Shown here in pieces: positions 22,610 to 32,251 of a stretch of DNA of 64,000 bases; the stretch's first letter is position 1, and each line of letters starts with the position of its first letter. The DNA lies in the NCBI GenBank assembly GCA_965240325.2, contig OZ251253.1, positions 1 through 64,000 of the forward strand, read 5' to 3'. The position numbers and the translations under genes were made by a program. The stretch comes from Rebecca billardiae RCC1528 (Eukaryota > Protista > Haptophyta). The notes beneath the pieces are model-generated. The model searched no databases and was not told where the DNA came from. It saw only the letters and a list, made by a program, of their open reading frames with translations.

Positions 22610-23998
22610 ATGCCCAAGGCGCGGCGCGGCGACGCCGACCGCTTCATCCGCGGGCGGCGGCGCTCGGCGGCGGCGGCGGCGCGCGCGCCCGACGAGCCGA
22701 GCGGCGGCGGCGCCGGCCCGTCCGTCTCGGGCAAGTACCGCGCCGGCCTCGCGTGCGCGCTCGGCCTCGCGCCGGCCGGCGGCGGCGCGGCGGCCGCGGC
22801 CGCTCGCGGCGCGTTCGCGTGGCGGCTCAACCTGCGCGCGGCGCGGCCGCCCGCGCGGCAGATCGAGCCGCAGGCGGCGCACGTGCTCGACGCGCCCGGC
22901 CTCTCCGCCGACTGGTACCGCCACGCCCTCGACTGGTCGTCGGCGCGCCACGGCCGCGGCGGCGCGGGCACGATCGCGGTCGCGCTCTCTCGCTCCGTCT
23001 ACCTGTGGCAGCGGCCGGGCGCGGTGCGCGCGCTGGACGTGGGTGGCGAGGCGGCGGCGCTGTGCTTCCGCGCGGACGCCTTCGAGCTCGCCGTCGCGCC
23101 GCTCGGCGCCGCCGTCCAGATCTGGGACTGCGCCGCGCCCGGCGCCAAGCTGTCGCGCGCGCTGCGAGGCTCGGCGCTCGGCGCGGCGGGCGCGATGGCG
23201 TGGGGCGAGCGGTGCGGGCTGCTCGTCGCGTCGGCGGAGAGCGGCGGGTGCGTGCACGTCGACACGCGCGCGCCCGCGCCCGCCGCGCGCTTCCGCCCGC
23301 GCGACCCCGAGCCGCACGCGCGCGTGTGCGGGCTCGCGTGCAACGGCGCGCACCTGTTCGCGGCGGGCGAAGCGGGCGGCGCGGTCGCGGTGTACGACGT
23401 GCGCCGCGCGGCGGGCGCGGGCGGCGAGCTGGCGCCGGTGGGCGTGTGCGCGGCGCACCGCGGCACCGTCAAGGCGCTCGCGTGGCAGCCGTGCGCGCGC
23501 GCCATCCTCGCCACGGGCGGCGGGCTCGACGACCGGCGCGTGCGCTGGTGGGACGTCTCCGCCAACCCGGGCGGCGAGCCCGCGCCGCTCGCGACCGTCG
23601 ACGCGGGGCGGCAGGTGAGTGGGCTGGCGTGGACGGCGCCGCTCGCGGCGCGCGCGGGCGGCGGCCGCGCGCTCGTCGCGGCGCTCGGCTTCCCGCGTGG
23701 CGCGGGCGACGCCGCGCACGCGCTCGCGCTCTGGCGGTGGCGCGGCGCCGCCGAGCCCGCGCCCGTGCCGCTCGGCGTCGCCAACGGGCACGCGGCGCGC
23801 GTGCTGCACCTCGCGCCGTCGCCGTGCGGCAAGTTCGTCGCGAGCGCGGCGGCGGGCGCGGACGAGACGCTGCGCATCTGGCGCGTGCTGCGCGACGCCG
23901 ACGTCGCAGCGGGCGGCGAGGCCGCCGGCGGCGGCGGCGCGGGCGGCGGCGGCGGGCTGCTCGCGCCCGCCCTCGACGAGTGGCCCGTCGTGCAGTGA
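22610..23998 (+). CDS. CDC20: Divergent CDC20/Fizzy-family WD40 APC/C co-activator-like protein
   Basis: C-box-like DRFIRGR, VLDAPGLSADWYRHALDWSS (family VLDAP.L.DDFYLNLLDWS), HRGTVKALAWQP..ILATGGGLDDRRVRWW, VDAGRQVSGLAW and GHAARVLHLAPSPCGKFVASAAAGADETLRIWRV. Confidence 0.88.
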   Translation: MPKARRGDADRFIRGRRRSAAAAARAPDEPSGGGAGPSVSGKYRAGLACALGLAPAGGGAAAAAARGAFAWRLNLRAARPPARQIEPQAAHVLDAPGLSADWYRHALDWSSARHGRGGAGTIAVALSRSVYLWQRPGAVRALDVGGEAAALCFRADAFELAVAPLGAAVQIWDCAAPGAKLSRALRGSALGAAGAMAWGERCGLLVASAESGGCVHVDTRAPAPAARFRPRDPEPHARVCGLACNGAHLFAAGEAGGAVAVYDVRRAAGAGGELAPVGVCAAHRGTVKALAWQPCARAILATGGGLDDRRVRWWDVSANPGGEPAPLATVDAGRQVSGLAWTAPLAARAGGGRALVAALGFPRGAGDAAHALALWRWRGAAEPAPVPLGVANGHAARVLHLAPSPCGKFVASAAAGADETLRIWRVLRDADVAAGGEAAGGGGAGGGGGLLAPALDEWPVVQ

Positions 23999-24368
23999 CG
24001 TGTAGCGAGCTATAGTGGAGATCAGGAATGACTCTGCGCTGATGACGACCGCGATTCGATGATGATAGCGCCGTCCCGTCTGCTGCTGGCATGATGGTGG
24101 CAGTGATGCGGTTCGGGTGGCAGCAGCCCAGTCAGTATAGTCATCGACGATACATGTGAGACTTCTGATATCAGTTATCACTTATCAGCTGATCCGAGTG
24201 GCGCTGAGATAGAGTACTCGGACCAGTTACTTGCTAGAGGGGCGCGAATGAGTTGACATCCCCGGAAGTTTGAGAGCCTCATCTCAAGATCGATGACGCG
24301 ACAGGAACAAGTTGCTTGACGATGGATTTTGGGCCACGCACGCACCCCCCAGTGGGGCTCTCTGACTC

Positions 24369-24463
24369 GAAGAAGAGAGGGGGAACCGAAGACTCTTCTT
24401 CCCCCTCTCTTCTTCTCCCTCCTTCCCTCCTCCCCTCCTTTTTCCTCCCCTCTCCTTTTTTCT
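24369..24463. other. 17-bp perfect inverted repeat followed by a pure pyrimidine tract
   Basis: GAAGAAGAGAGGGGGAA (24369-24385) and TTCCCCCTCTCTTCTTC (24399-24415). A C/T-only run extends from about 24393 to 24463. Confidence 0.85.
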
Positions 24464-24591
24464 GGCGCGAGTTTCCAATTGGACAATTTGCCCCCGTCTC
24501 AGCGCCAGCTCACCTGCCGTGCGCGGACGATGGCGAACGCGCCATCATCCCGGCGCTGAGCAGTGCGCGCGAGGAGGCGCGAGGAGGCGCG

Positions 24592-25495
24592 ATGGCGGCG
24601 GGCGCGGAGATCGACCAGCACTACGCCGTGGCGCGGCGGCTCGCCTTCCAGGTCGAGGAGCAGCTGCAGCAGCTCGAGACCGGCCGCGAGACCTCCGTCA
24701 GCTTCCAGGCGAATATCTCGACCAATCTGAACCAGCTCGCGCACGAGCTCGGCTCGCTCGACGGGCTGGTGGCGCGCGAGCCGTCGGCGCAGCGCCGGAC
24801 GGTGTGGAAGAAGTGCGCGCGCGCCGCCGCGCCGGACGCGCGCCCTTCGCCGCCGCCGCGCGCCTCGCCCTCGGCCGCGCCGCACGCGCTGAGGGCGCGC
24901 GGCGGTGTCTGCCGCGCCCGCCTCGCGCGCCGCAGGAAGCTGCGCCAGCTCTCCGACACGAGCGCCGGGCTGCGCGCGGCGCTGGACAAGTACGTGTCGC
25001 GCTCGTACAGGTGCGCAGTGCCGCCGCCGCCGCGCGCGCGCCGCGCGTGCCCCAGCCCCCCTGGGCTGAAGGCGCGCGGAGCGTGCGCGCGCGCGCGCGC
25101 GCGCGGTGTGCCGGCGCCGCAGGAACGCGCGCGAGGCGGAGGAGCGCGCGCAGCTGCTGCAGCGGCGGAACGGCGCGGCGGGCGACCACGGCGGGGAGGT
25201 GGCGATCGAGATGGACTCGCTCGCGCGCGAGACGCGCAGCCTGCACGACGCCGACTCCTCCCTCGACATGCTGCAGGCGCACGGCGCGGCGGTGCTCGAG
25301 GCGCTGAGCGCGCAGAGCGCCACGCTCCGCTCCTCGCGCCAGAAGCTCGCGGCGGTGTTCGACACGCTGGGGCTGTCCAACTCGCTGCTGCGGCTGATCG
25401 AGAGCCGGCAGCTGACGGACAAGGCGCTGCTCTGGGGCGGCATGCTGCTCACCGCCGGCCTGCTGTACGCGCTGCTCAGGTGGACGCGCGGCTGA
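24592..25495 (+). CDS. GOSR2: Golgi Qb-SNARE membrin/Bos1/GOSR2, 3 exons (24592-24812, 24936-25010, 25123-25495)
   Basis: WKK|KLRQL, EAEERAQLL and GAAVLEALSAQSATLRSSRQKLAAVFDTLGLSNSLLRLIESRQLTDKALLWGGM plus a TM helix. GTGCGC..CGCAG introns at 24813-24935 and 25011-25122. Confidence 0.92.
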
Positions 25496-25642
25496 CGAGC
25501 CGATATTCCTCAGCCCGCGCGCGCCGGATAATTCGAAATTCATAGCTGCGCGCGCGGAAGGAGTTTTTTTAAAAAAGAATGAATTCACGCCATCGCGTTC
25601 GGCGCACCAGCCCCTCGCCGCGCGACGCGCCTCGGGCCCGCG

Positions 25643-26361
25643 ATGCCGCTGCGCAAGGTGACGCGCGTGCCGACGGAGCACGCCGACGTGATCCACGACG
25701 TGGCGTACGACCACTACGGCGCGCGCATGGCCACGTGCTCCTCCGACATGTGCATCCGCGTGTGGAAGGGCGCCGAGCTCGTGTGCGCGTGGAAGGCGCA
25801 CGACGGCTCGGTCTGGCGCGTCGCGTGGGCGCACCCCGAGTTCGGGCAGGTGCTCGCGTCGTGCTCGTTCGACCGCACCGTCTGCGTCTGGGAGGAGCCC
25901 GCCGGCGCGCCGCGCGACGCCGGCTGGACCCGCCGCGCCGCGCTCGCGGACGCGCGCGACGCCGTGCTCGAGGTCGCGTTCGCGCCGCGCCACCTCGGGC
26001 TGCGGCTGGCGGCGCTGGCGGCGGACGGGCGGGTGCGCGTGTACGAGGCGCTGGACCCGATGGAGCTGGGCCACTGGGCCCTCGTCGAGGAGATCGACGC
26101 GCCGCGCGCCTCGTGCCTCGCGTGGGGCACGGGCGCGGCCGAGGGCGGCTGCCTGCTGCTCGGGGGCGCGGACGGGTGCGCGGCCGTGTGGGCGTACGCG
26201 GAGCGGCAGTGGCGGCAGGTGGCGGCGCTGGACGAGCACCGCGACGCGGTGCACTCGGTGGCATGGGCGCCGCTCGTCGGCCGCTCCTTCCACCTCCTCG
26301 CCACCGCCTCCCGCGACGGCACCGTGCACGTGAGCAAGCTGCTCACGCCCGGCGCTCCCTT

Positions 26362-26398
<37 letters not shown>

Positions 26399-26721
26399 TG
26401 GGAGGCGACGCGCGTCGCGCAGCTGCGCGAGCACGGCCAGCCCGTGTGGCGCGTCGAGTGGAACGCGACGGGCACGCTGCTCGCATCCTCGGCGGACGAC
26501 GGCTGCGTGCGCGTCTGGCAGATGGACTACACGGGTGCGCGCGCGCGCGTGCGCGCGTCCGCCCTCCGCGCCCCTGCCGGTCGCGGGCGCGGCGCTGAGC
26601 GCGCGGCTGCGCGCGCTCGTGCCGCCGCTGCCGCCGCCTCGCGCACCGCGCCGCAGGCGAGTGGCAGTGCGTGTCCACCGTGCAGAGCGACGGGCAGGCG
26701 ATGGACTTTGCGGACGAGTAG
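25643..26721 (+). CDS. SEH1: Nucleoporin/GATOR2 subunit SEH1 (WD40), 2 exons (25643-26534, 26657-26721)
   Basis: HADVIHDVAYDHYGARMATCSSD, WAHPEFGQVLASCSFDRTVCVWEE, FAPRHLGLRLA, WAPLVGRSFHLLATASRD and VWRVEWNATGTLLASSADDGCVRVW. Intron 26535-26656 gives the C-terminus GEWQCVSTV. A (GGC)n poly-Gly insert is present. Confidence 0.95.
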
Positions 26722-27289
26722 GCGCGTGAGGCCAGCCCCGGCCCCGGCCGCGCCGGATGGCGGTCCAACTCGAGACTTGGCCGAGTCCTCAGAGCCGGAC
26801 GCACCCGCCGCTCGGCCGCAGCCACAGACTGACTACTCGACGACCGAGCGGCGGCCGAGCCCTCGGGGCGGACGGTCGAAGGAAGCGGGGGCCACGCGCG
26901 CCGCGCGGGCCCGCGGGCGCGGTCACGTGGACGACAGCACGCGTGCAGCCGGTGGCGTATACCGCCGCACAGACTCGGCGCAGGCGCACAGTGCGTGCTC
27001 TGCGCTAGGTGCGGCGTGCCCGCCCCGGGTCGGCTCCACCGGGCAGCGGACGGACCGGCCGCACGCTGGCCCGGCGGCGCACCGTGGCAGCGTGTCCGCC
27101 CTCGCGCCCTCGCGCAGCTCCAGAAATATCAATCCGATTATCCGAATATAATCCGGAAGATTTCACCTGAATAAAGCAGCCGATATTGGGCGGATGATGA
27201 TTTATTGCTGATTTCGTAGTCGACGAATTGAACTCCTCGCGGCGCAGCTTGCTCGACGCTCGCGGGCCAACGGCCGAGCGGCTGCGGCG

Positions 27290-29281
27290 ATGGCGGCGCC
27301 CCTCGACGGGCCGGTCGTCATCCGCCCGCCCAACACGGCGGCGTCCGGGCGGCTGCTCGCGTGGCGCGAGGCGGACGGCCGCGCGACGGGCGTGCTCGTC
27401 GACTGGTTCCCCCCGCGGCTGCGCGGCCTCCCCGCCGCCGTGCTCACGCACGCGCACGAGGACCACCGGCGCGGCGTTGTGGAGGCGCTGGCGCAGGGCA
27501 CGGCCGTGTACTGCACGCACGCGACGCGCGCGCTGCTGCTCGCGCGGCTGCCGGATGCGCGCGCGCACGCGCACCGGCTGATCGGCCTCGACTACGCCGA
27601 GCCCGCCCGCCTCGCCGACACGGGCGCGCACCTGCTGCTGAGCGACGCCGGGCACTGCGAGGGCTCGGCGATGGCGCGCCTCGACGGCCGCTTCGGCTGC
27701 GCGCTCTTCACCGGCGACTTCCGGCTGGGCGACGCGCCGGACGCGGGCGCGGGCGAGCCCTCACTCGACGAGCCCGCGCCCGAGTGGCCGTGCGCGCCGG
27801 GCGAGTGCGCGCTGTGCGTGTGCGACACGTCCTTTGCGCCGCTGCGCCCCGCGGCCGCTGACGACGGCGGCTCCGACGACGGCGATGGCGGCGGCGTGGC
27901 GGGCGAGGAGGCGGCGGCGGCGGCGGCGGTGGCGGCGGCGGTGGCGGCGCCCGCGCCGCTCGGCCCGCCGCCGTGCGACGCGCTGCCCCCGCGCCCCGCC
28001 ACCGCCGCCGCCATCGCCCGCCTCGTCTGCCGCTTCCTGCGCGGCACGTGCGCCTCCGCCTCCGCGTGGCTCGACTGCGGCATGCTCGGGCAGGAGAGCA
28101 CGCTGGCGGCGACGGTGGCGGCGCTGCGCAGGGGCGAGGGCGGGGAGGAGGCGCGGGCGGAGCCGCGCGTCGCGTGCGCGCGCCCCGCGTGGGACGACCC
28201 CTCGCCCGCCGCCGGCCGGCTGCGCGAGCTCTGGGCGTGCGAGGCGCTGCGCGGCTGCCTGCTGGATGAGGGCGGCGGCGGCGGCGGCGGCGGCGGCGCA
28301 GAGGCGGAGGCGGAGGCGGGGGCGGAGGCGGCGGGCGATGGCGGTGCGAGGAGCGGCGAGGCGTGCGCGGCGGCGCGGGCGGAGCCGGCGCTGCCCACGC
28401 CGCCCACGCCGCCGCCGCGCGCGCGCGTGCGCCTCTGGCTCCGCCACTTCGAGGCCGCCCCCGGCCGGCCGCGCGCGCGCCCGCCGCGCGCGCGGCCGTC
28501 CGACCTCGCGCTCGTGCCGTCCGCGCTCTGGTGGTGGGCGGGGCGCGAGGCGGCGGGGGTGCGGCCGCGCACGGCGCCGCGGGGGCGGCAGGGCGCGGGG
28601 GCGCGGGCGGAGGGCGGGGTGCAGCTCGAGCTCGACGCCGACGCCGTGTGGCACGCGCTCTGGGCGCAGCACGCGCCCGCCGACGAGCTGCGCGCCTTCG
28701 TGGCCGCGCTCGCGCCGCGCGCGCTCGAGCCGCTCGCCGCGCCGCCGGGCGCGGCCGCGGCCGCGCAGTGCCGCGCGCTCGGCGCGCCGCCGCCGCCGCA
28801 GGTGGATGAGGCGGAGGCGTGCGCGCTGCGCGCGCAGCTCGAGGCGCTCGCGGCCGAGCGGAGCGCGCAGCTCAATGCGAGCGCCGCCGCTGCGGCCGCG
28901 GTCGCGCCGCCGCCGCCGCCGCCGCCGCAGCCGCAGCCGGCAGCGGCGCCGGCAGCGGCCGCCCGGCCGCCGCGTCCGCCGCCGCCGGCCTCGCCGCCGC
29001 CGATGGCCGCGGCCTCGCCCGCGCGCGCGGCGGAGGTGCGCGCGCAGCCGACGCCGGCCGTCGGCCTGTCGCGCCGCCCGTTCCGACGCGCGCCGCCGCC
29101 CTCCGACGGCGGCGCGCCCGCCAAGCGCGCGCGCTCGCTGTCGCTGGCCGCCGCTGCGCCCGCGCCCACCGCGGCGGCGACAGCCGCCGGCTGCTGCGAC
29201 GCTGACGGCGCGCGGCCGGGCGGCGGCGTGGGCGTCGAGCGCCGGCCATTCGCGCGCGTCGACCGTCGGGCGTCCGTCTAG
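27290..29281 (+). CDS. SNM1/Artemis/Apollo (DCLRE1) family metallo-beta-lactamase/beta-CASP DNA nuclease
   Basis: VDWF, LTHAHEDH (HxHxDH), VYCTHATRALL, DAGHCEGSAM, LFTGDFR, CDTSF and WAQHAPADELRAFVAALAP. The C-terminus is low-complexity. Confidence 0.88.
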   Translation: MAAPLDGPVVIRPPNTAASGRLLAWREADGRATGVLVDWFPPRLRGLPAAVLTHAHEDHRRGVVEALAQGTAVYCTHATRALLLARLPDARAHAHRLIGLDYAEPARLADTGAHLLLSDAGHCEGSAMARLDGRFGCALFTGDFRLGDAPDAGAGEPSLDEPAPEWPCAPGECALCVCDTSFAPLRPAAADDGGSDDGDGGGVAGEEAAAAAAVAAAVAAPAPLGPPPCDALPPRPATAAAIARLVCRFLRGTCASASAWLDCGMLGQESTLAATVAALRRGEGGEEARAEPRVACARPAWDDPSPAAGRLRELWACEALRGCLLDEGGGGGGGGGAEAEAEAGAEAAGDGGARSGEACAAARAEPALPTPPTPPPRARVRLWLRHFEAAPGRPRARPPRARPSDLALVPSALWWWAGREAAGVRPRTAPRGRQGAGARAEGGVQLELDADAVWHALWAQHAPADELRAFVAALAPRALEPLAAPPGAAAAAQCRALGAPPPPQVDEAEACALRAQLEALAAERSAQLNASAAAAAAVAPPPPPPPQPQPAAAPAAAARPPRPPPPASPPPMAAASPARAAEVRAQPTPAVGLSRRPFRRAPPPSDGGAPAKRARSLSLAAAAPAPTAAATAAGCCDADGARPGGGVGVERRPFARVDRRASV

Positions 29282-29656
29282 GCGGGCGTGTGGAGCCGCA
29301 GCCCGGGCCCAAGGCCTCGCCGGCGCCGCTCACCGCGTCGACGCCGGCGCGCCACCCGCGCTGCGGCCGGGTGTGGCGCCGCCCGGGCCGGGCGGCCGGG
29401 CGGCGCTGGGTGTGCGCGCGTCTGGAATCCGACCCCGATTCCGCATTCGAGCTGCAGATACCCGTCGTCGCGACACTTTCCGCGAAGCCACCCACAAACC
29501 GTTCTCTGGAGCGGGTAAGTCCGCATCAGTCCTTCCGCGCGTGCCAATTAGGGCGGCCGCTTCCGTGACGCCGTGCCTCGTCAACGACCAGACGGGCCCA
29601 AGGCCGCCGCGCACATCGCGAAGGCATCGGCCGGCTGTCGTCTGGACCCGCGCCGG

Positions 29657-31598
29657 ATGCTGCCGCTGCTGGCACTCGCGCACCTCGGCGCGGCGGCGCG
29701 CGGCGCGCGCCCGCTCGCCCGCCCGCCGCACATCGGCGCGCCCCGCGCGCACGTCGTCGCCGCCGCCGCGCCCGCGCCCGCGCCGCCGCCGCCGCCGCCT
29801 TTGCCGCCGCCCACGCCGTACGACGAGCAGTTCGAGACGTTCACGATGCTCGACGTGGACGGCGACGGGTACGTGACGGCGGACGAGCTGCGCGCCGCCT
29901 TCGCCCGCTTCGACCTCCCGCTCACCGACGAGGAGGTCCGCGCGCGCCTCGAGGCCGCCGACCTCGACGCCGACGCGCGGATCGACTGGAAGGAGTTCGA
30001 GCTGCTGTGCGAGAAGGAGGCGAGCACGCCGCAGCCGGAGGCGCCGGGCGTGACGCTGCGCTGGCGGCGCGGGCGCAGCGGCGATGCTGCCGGCGCCGCC
30101 GCCGACCGCCGCGCCGGCGCGGACTACGGCTTCCGCCCCTCTGGGTACTACGGCGCGGACGTGGGCGACCCGTCCACGCCCGCCAACGGCGTGCGCTCGG
30201 CCGTGAAGAACTTCGAGCGCGAGTACGAGGCGATCCGGCGGATCGTGCGGTACTCGCGCGCGGACGACTGGCCCGAGGCGGTGCGCGTGGCGAGCGAGGT
30301 GCTCGACCGCGGCCTCGAGTCCGTCCGCGTCCTCCCGCCGCTGCGGCCGGACAAGGCGCAGTACCCGCCGCTGCCCGCGCTGCGGCTGCGCGAGCGGCTC
30401 TCGCAGCTGCAGCTGAGCAACGAGGCGATCGCCACGCGCGAGAAGCAGCGGATGAAGGCGAAGGAGGCGCTGCTCCGCGAGATGGGCGGGTACGCCTCGC
30501 CGCTGCGCGAGGTGCGCGAGGCCACCTCGCAGCTCACGCCCTGGTTTGTGCTGCTGCCGTACGAGCTCCTCTGCCGGTGCGCCAGCCGCGCGCGCGCGCG
30601 CACACGCACGCGCGCGAGAGAGAGAGAGCGCGCGCGCGCCGGGCCCGGCGCTCGACGTCCGCCGCGCCGGCGCGCGCGCCCGCGCGCGAGGCTGAGGCGC
30701 GCTCCTCCCTGCCCCCGCCCGCCCGCCCTCCCGCCCACCGCGCCGCCACCGCGCTGGGCGCGCAGCTTCCTCGACGCCGTCTTTGACGGCCGGCCGATCG
30801 CGCGCTTCTGGTTCCTCGAGACGGTGGCGCGCGTGCCCTACTTCGCGTACATCTCGATGCTGCACCTGTTCGAGACGCTGGGCTGGTGGCGGGGCAACCA
30901 GCAGCTGCGCCAGCTCCACTTCGCGCAGGAGTGGAACGAGCTGCACCACCTGCTGATCATGGAGGCGCTGGGCGGCGACCAGCGCTGGGTGGACCGCTTC
31001 CTCGCGCGCCACGCCGCCCTGCTCTACTTCGGGGTGCTGTGCGGCCTCTTCTTCGCCTCGCCCTCGCTCTCGTACGGCTTCTCTGAGCTGCTCGAGGCCC
31101 ACGCCGTCGACACGTACGGCGAGTTCCTCGACGCCAACGAGGCGCTGCTCAAGGAGCTGCCCGCGCCCGAGGTGGGCGCCGCGTACTACAACGAGGGGCG
31201 CGACGACTTCCTGCGCAAGGCGATGCGCGCCTCCAACCGCGCCTCGGTCGCGCGGCGGCGCAAGGGGCTGCTGCCGCCCTACCCGGTGCGCACGCTGTAC
31301 GACACGTTTGCAAACATCCTCGCCGACGGTGCGCGCGCACCGCGCCCGAGCGCCACGACGCCGCTCGCGCCGCGCGCACCGCGGACGCGCGCCCGGGCTC
31401 ATCGCAACGCGTGCGCGCGCGCGCGCCCCGACCCACGCAGAGGCGGAGCACGTCTCGTCGATGCGCTCGTGCCAGGACAGCGCGGACGACGTGATGCCAG
31501 GCACGGACGACGCGGCCGGCGCCGACGAGGCCCCCGAGTACGAGTTCGTGGACGAGGACGAGGAGGTGCCCGTCGGCGCGGGCGACAAGCTGGCTTAG
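29657..31598 (+). CDS. PTOX: Plastid terminal oxidase (PTOX/IMMUTANS-like, AOX family) with an N-terminal EF-hand pair, 3 exons (29657-30576, 30766-31328, 31441-31598)
   Basis: Di-iron motifs RFWFLETVARVPYFAYISMLHLFETLGWWR, HFAQEWNELHHLLIMEALGG, SELLEAHAVDTY and, after splicing, NILADEAEH. EF loops DVDGDGYVTADE (29852-29887) and DLDADARIDWKE (29960-29995). The N-terminus resembles a signal plus transit peptide. Confidence 0.93.
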
Positions 31599-31812
31599 CC
31601 GCCATCGGCCCCGCAGGGCGTGCGGCCGCCCGCGCGGTAGGCGGAGTCAGTGAAGCCTCGCCGCAGCCGCCAAGGCCCAAGGCTGCTGGCCCGCGTGAGA
31701 CTAGATAGACAAGCGCGGTCCTCGTCATGGCACCGCCTCTCTAGTACGGGGGCAGATCGTCGCATCGCAGTCGTCGCGTATGTCATTACGTCGTAGTATT
31801 AGTATATTGCTG

Positions 31813-31915
31813 ATGACAAACCGGTAGAAAACCTGTTTGCCGACTGAGCTAAATCGGCTTGCGCAAGCCGATTTAGCTCAGTCGGCAAATAACGGGTTTT
31901 CTACCGGTTTGTCAT
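31813..31915. repeat. ~103-bp near-perfect palindrome (hairpin/cruciform)
   Basis: A 54-bp spacerless perfect core TTTGCCGACTGAGCTAAATCGGCTTGC|GCAAGCCGATTTAGCTCAGTCGGCAAA, plus 21-bp outer arms ATGACAAACCGGTAGAAAACC / GGTTTTCTACCGGTTTGTCAT. Confidence 0.95.
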
Positions 31916-32251
31916 ATAACCGAGGTCACCTGGGGACACCCCGTGAGGGGCTGTAGTCCTTCCGCCCAGCCCCAGTCTACCGACGGATTTGTTGACGAGG
32001 TTGTTCCTTATTCCCCGCCCGGTCTGTCCCGGGTGTATCCGCCCTGCGTGCTCGTCTGCGCTGTGTGGCTTCGTAGAGGCTCCGGCTTCTGTGTGTGTGT
32101 AGGCGGTGAGCCTTTTCTGCGGCTGTGGCTTTCTTGAGGCTCATTGTGTCATCGTTTGTTGACCCGGGGGTGACTGTACCCGGGGGCTGCGCTTCTTGTG
32201 GAGCCGTGCTCGTCTTCAGTCGGCAAACGGGTTTTCTACCGCGGTTTGTCA
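31814..32251. mobile_element. Possible MITE or foldback element with TG...CA termini
   Basis: A third copy of the arm, TCAGTCGGCAAACGGGTTTTCTACC(GC)GGTTTGTCA, lies at 32216-32251. It is inverted relative to 31814-31847 and direct relative to 31878-31914. No clear target-site duplication. Confidence 0.45.

Noticed and set aside
20806-24181. 1069-aa + strand ORF and overlapping - strand ORFs spanning the membrane protein and CDC20 genes
   Set aside because: These are off-frame, Arg-rich GC shadows of two well-supported genes.
26535-27151. Extended SEH1 C-terminus in the 502-aa ORF
   Set aside because: This is read-through of an intron. Splicing 26535-26656 gives the conserved short C-terminus ending at 26721.
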